Source of the DNA: Octopus bimaculoides
Lineage: Eukaryota
Direction: 5' to 3'
Assembly: GCF_001194135.2 (NCBI RefSeq)
Contig: NC_068986.1
Span: 8,552,084-8,606,267 of the forward strand
DNA: 54,184 bases
Notes under the pieces: generated by a model
Told to the model about the DNA's origin: nothing
Seen by the model: the letters and a program-made list of their open reading frames with translations, nothing else
Databases searched by the model: none
Made by a program: the position numbers and the translations under genes
Part shown: positions 50,196 to 54,184 of the stretch, one piece after another
Layout: the number at the start of each line of letters is the position of its first letter
How positions within the stretch are numbered: the stretch's first letter is position 1

Positions 50196-50420
50196 CTATT
50201 TATTGCCCACAGTGGGCTAAACATAGAGGGAACAAACAAGGACAGACAAATGGATTAAGTCGATTACATCGACCCCAGTGTGTAACTGGTCTTTATTTAA
50301 TCGACCCTGAAAGGATGAAAGGCAAAGTCAACGTCGGCGGAATTTGAACTCAGAACGTACCCGCAGACGAAATACCGCTAAGCATTTCGCCCGGCGTGCT
50401 AACGATTCTGCCAGCTCGCT
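50196..50420 (-). mobile_element. SINE with the 43-kb family head/body but a Tx1/L1-like 3' tail
   Basis: Head and body match 43030-43184; tail matches 21699-21736 at 30/38 without gaps. Confidence 0.85.
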
Positions 50421-51108
50421 CGGCATACATAATATACTGTTTTCCTCGGAAAGAAAATCCCAGGTTTGCTAATGTCAGTTTATTTCATCATTTTTTATTT
50501 TCTGCCATGATATTCTTTCGTTGTTGTTTTCAACAACGAGACTTTCTCAATCCGATCGACATCCACTTCATATCCGTCTTAAATGTATTTAATTAAAAAT
50601 CCAGGAAGCATCAGATGTTAATGAATATTCAAAAGTTAACTGATAACAACCAGATCCAAATGCGGTGACGAAAAACTCCAGTTCGCCATTTGTTTTTTTT
50701 GTTTTTTTTTACTTCCAGTTTTTATTAACCTTTATTCACAAAATGCCAAGACGAGGCATTTTAAACATAATCAATAATATATGATGCTGTTGTTGTTTTT
50801 ATATATTTTATTCGAAGTAAATTACAAGAGCTTCGAAATTATTAGTCACGAACCTTTTGATCAAATAATACTGAAATCACTAAAAGCTGTTCACAATACT
50901 CTAATGAGAAAAAAGATTTAAGGTTGAGAAAGCAGAAAGCATATCAGCAACAGCTAATCCTATGATTAGCTGCATACAGACATCATTCAACGGACATTCC
51001 TCGTCACTTAGCACCTGATTATTATATAATCAGTTAATAAATCATTATCATTTTAGCGTATTTAATTATAGATCAGTGGACATGAAATCCTCGTGTGCAT
51101 GCGATCAT

Positions 51109-51242
51109 GACATGGCGGAAATACGTCGGTAAAACATGTCTGTGAAAGCGGCCATCTTCCTCGAGCATCATGACAATGTCAGCTAAACTACTATAATATT
51201 CCATATAAGGAGCGAAACAAGAAATTCGAACCATCAACCAAT
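51109..51242. promoter_or_regulatory. Candidate promoter motif cluster: two opposed YY1-like sites, CArG box, CCAAT
   Basis: ACATGGCGG (+, ~51110), AAGATGGCCGC (-, 51148-51158), CCATATAAGG (51201-51210) and CCAAT (~51238) in a locally more CpG-rich unique patch. Confidence 0.35.
51125..51155 (-). CDS. Speculative first coding exon MAAFTDMFYR
   Basis: ATG inside AAGATGGCCGC; donor AC|gtattt gives phase 1, matching exon 47525-47596. Confidence 0.2.
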
Positions 51243-52659
51243 ATTAAGCTGCACTAACATCTAATCACATCTAAAAGACTTTTATTTTAATTTTCATTCT
51301 ATTCTCTCTTTAGATATTATTCTTAACGTCCTCCCATTCCTTCCATTTCTGCTGCCATACTCTAACAGATGCTTCATAACACTCGACAAAATAAAAAATT
51401 AAATCTGTTCCAAATACTATTTTTTTTNNNNNNNNNNNNNNNNNNNATGTCGCATATTTATTATTCCCCCGTTAATCAGGTCTGTCAGAAAGTATGAACA
51501 TCCCTTGTCTTTTCTTCTCATCGAAAATATCGTTTATATCATAACATATAACTTCAGGTGGAAACAATGTAAGAAATGAGGTGTTGAAGCTTTCATGACT
51601 TTTTACAATGTCTTAAGCAAGTTGACGGAAGTTAATTGAGCGGAAACGGAAACGGAAACAGAAATCATTATAATAAGTCAAAATACGGGAATTTACTTTC
51701 ACTGTATGGAGTTGGGATTTTTACATTCTTTGACCATTTGAAGTAGATCCAACAAAAGGTCTGTTATAAACATTTAACTATAATACTGCCACATCACATT
51801 TCTGACCCAAAACGTGCATTTCAATTCCATGCTTCCACGAAATCGGTGGATTAAAAAATATTCCTTTAAAGGTATGTACTAAAAACATCAGTAAATGGAC
51901 ACAGGATTATTGTCCGTTTAGTGTTCCATATTTTAAGAAATCGTCTTTTATTTCTTCTTGCTTGTAGCTTATTCCACTTTAGTCGTTTAATCCGAATAAT
52001 AGTCATTTTAACAGAGTTAACATCCAGTTGAACATCTTTGTTAGTTTTAGAAAGTTTTAAAAAGTAGTGACTTAAATATTGCAATGAACTTCTTAATGGT
52101 TTCCTCTTGAAGAAACTAACGTTCTTGTTTACATCAATTTCTTTATTATTTCATCGTTTCTTGAAACAATACTTTCTGTTGCCAGACCTTCACCCACATT
52201 TCTAATTCTTGCAACAATGTTACTTTACTTTTCTGTTCTATGAATATCTCTTAACTTTTATTTCTCTTTGTCTAACTATAACATGTTGTAGTCCACATTG
52301 TTATTCACTGTTCTCTACGCTTTCAACTCTTTTATATATTTTTTATTTTCAATTATATTTCGGCTGCCTCAACTCTAATGTTTTTGAATTTACTCCAAGA
52401 TTGTTTTGTGTCGGTTTTGTCACATTTAATGTGATATAACCATTTTTAAGGTTTAACAGATCTAATTCTTTGCTAATAATTTGTTATGATTTTATTTGTT
52501 TAGTTTTATTTTGTTAGCTGTCTTCACGGCGAGGCTATCTGAAACCGTGTATACCGATGTGAACACACGTGAATCTCGAATAGAGTTTATACGCCAATGT
52601 GATCATGGAGGCCTTCCATTGTATAAATACATTGGTGTACGTGTGTATTAACACTCTAC

Positions 52660-52850
52660 AGACCTTAACATAGTTCTCAGGGAGATTCAGCAACACAATG
52701 TGACGACGCCGACCCTTGTGAACTACAGGTACAACTCATCTTTGCCAACCGTGTGGACCGGAGCAGCGGGAAATAAAGTGTCTTGCTCAAGGACACAACG
52801 CGCTGCTGTGAATCGAACTCACGAAATTACGATCGTGATCCGGATACTAA
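52660..52850 (-). mobile_element. Degenerate chimeric-type SINE
   Basis: Aligns with 46820-46975. Confidence 0.7.
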
Positions 52851-52871
52851 GCTATGCGTTTTCACTTTATA

Positions 52872-53700
52872 CTGGTTCGTCCTATAAAAATGCGGTTTTT
52901 TATACTTATTTCATTTTTCAAAATTAAGGTAAATAAAGTTCTTTTTTAATCTAAAATATACTCTCTTTCATTTTCTACAATGCTCTTCCATCTATCTGGT
53001 AGACTTGCAAAGCTCCACTTCCAAAATTCATTTGTCGGAGACGAAAAGTTCTCCTCCAGTACTGTTCTGACCTCGTCTACGGAATTCATATTTTTTCCGT
53101 CCAAATGATTTGGAAAAATGCAGAATAAATGATTATCAGATGGAGCAATGTCCGGCGAATAAGGTGGGTGGAGCATCGTTTCCCATTCAATCTGTTCCAA
53201 CCTTTGGAATGTCTTCATCACTGTATGTGGCCGCGGAAAGTTTGTGAGGAACACATTGACCCAATTTGTTGACTTTTCCGATGGCACGCAGGTGTCGATG
53301 AATGGTTGAATGACCAAATCCGAGCTTCTCTGCTAGTTCTTGAACAGATAGGTTAGGGTTTTCTTCCACCAGGGCTTGCAGGGCGTCCTCGTCGAGCTTT
53401 ACAGATCTTCCAGGACGAAGATCGTCTTCTAGGTTGTAGTTTCCGGTTCGGAATTTCTGGAACCACCGTTTACACTGGCTTACGCTTAATGTCCGATCCC
53501 CTTATACTGCATTAACATTCCTTGCAGTTTTCGTTGCGTTGTGGCCGTTATTGAACTCATAAAACAAAATATACCGAATATGGTTTTTTTTGTCACTTCC
53601 ATTATACCTTTGAAAAAAATAACTGTTAAAATCGAACTGCACTCTTGAAAACTTGCGCTAAGAATTACAACCTGCTTTTATTACAAAAATTACAACCTGC
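52872..53700 (-). mobile_element. Internally deleted mariner transposon
   Basis: MEVTKKNHIRYILFYEFNNGHNATKTARN from 53602, CVPHKLS (WVPHEL-like), WETMLHPPYSPDIAPSDNHLF, end EYILD*; one clear TIR ctggttcgtcctataaaaatgcgg after TA. Confidence 0.92.
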
Positions 53701-53918
53701 TTTTATAGCAAGTTGATGGAAGTAGTTTATCCCATCCCCCTATTAATTTCAAACGTGTCTGTATTTAGAACTCCAAGTTCATTCATTGGCATTAAAACGG
53801 AAACATGGTTTCCATTGTTACAAGTATCACAGACTTCACATACTAGTCATGGTAAAATGTCATTTACGAGTGTTCACCAATCTCTGAATATTTGATAATG
53901 TCATCCGCGTATAACAGA

Positions 53919-54009
53919 CTAGCAGAAATACCCGGCGTTACCCGGGTTAAAGAGAATAATGAAATCTAAAAACGCCGTCTAGACTACACATCATCTTTAT
54001 ATATAGAGA
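53919..54009 (-). mobile_element. 91-bp non-autonomous Helitron
   Basis: Minus strand a|TCTCTATATATAAAG...ACCCGG-gtaacg-CCGGGT-atttctg-CTAG|t: 5' TC, subterminal GC hairpin, 3' CTAG, inserted between A and T. Confidence 0.8.
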
Positions 54010-54184
54010 TGTATATACACACGTATATATATGTATATCAATATAAATATATGAAAGTCAATGAAGTTTTGTAAAAGAAGGTGATCATGTACATACTTTC
54101 TTGCTGTTGTGATTATAACACCTCGTTGTAAACAATGTTCCTTGTTTTCCCTTGTGGAGCATATACAAATAGGTTTTTTTTTTT

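Noticed and set aside
51866-52450. AT-rich minus-strand frames (EEIKDDFLKYGTL) resembling a LINE ORF1 RRM
   Set aside because: Too many stops and too little motif support to call

Overview
AT-rich eukaryotic genomic DNA, most likely an octopod cephalopod. This is inferred from the very dense (TA)n/(CA)n/(GA)n/(TACA)n/(GATA)n microsatellites and from several abundant tRNA-derived SINE families of the kind known from Octopus. It has 15 assembly gaps totalling about 5.7 kb, many abutting microsatellites. I recognise no intact host gene or RNA gene, and most ORFs in the track are microsatellite translations. The window is mainly a transposon graveyard. DNA transposons: three mariner (DD34D-type) copies, a maT/DD37D copy, a rosa/Visitor (DD41D-type) copy, two foldback MITEs and a 91-bp mini-Helitron. 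Retroelements: CR1/L2-type, RTE, R4/Dong-like and Tx1/L1-like LINE remnants, Penelope-like ends with hammerhead-like cores, and more than 10 SINE copies with shuffled modules. Best leads: (i) a ~100-bp fixed-end element found only inside (TACA)n arrays, alongside an RLE-type R4/Dong remnant bounded by (TA)n; (ii) two SINE-LINE 3'-tail partnerships visible within the window (RTE and Tx1/L1-like); (iii) a near-canonical minimal hammerhead at 40262-40321; (iv) an RTE tail with three C2H2 fingers; (v) a speculative phase-consistent five-exon minus-strand gene model (85 aa) with a YY1/CArG/CCAAT cluster at its 5' end. All family calls come from motif recognition by eye, without database searches.
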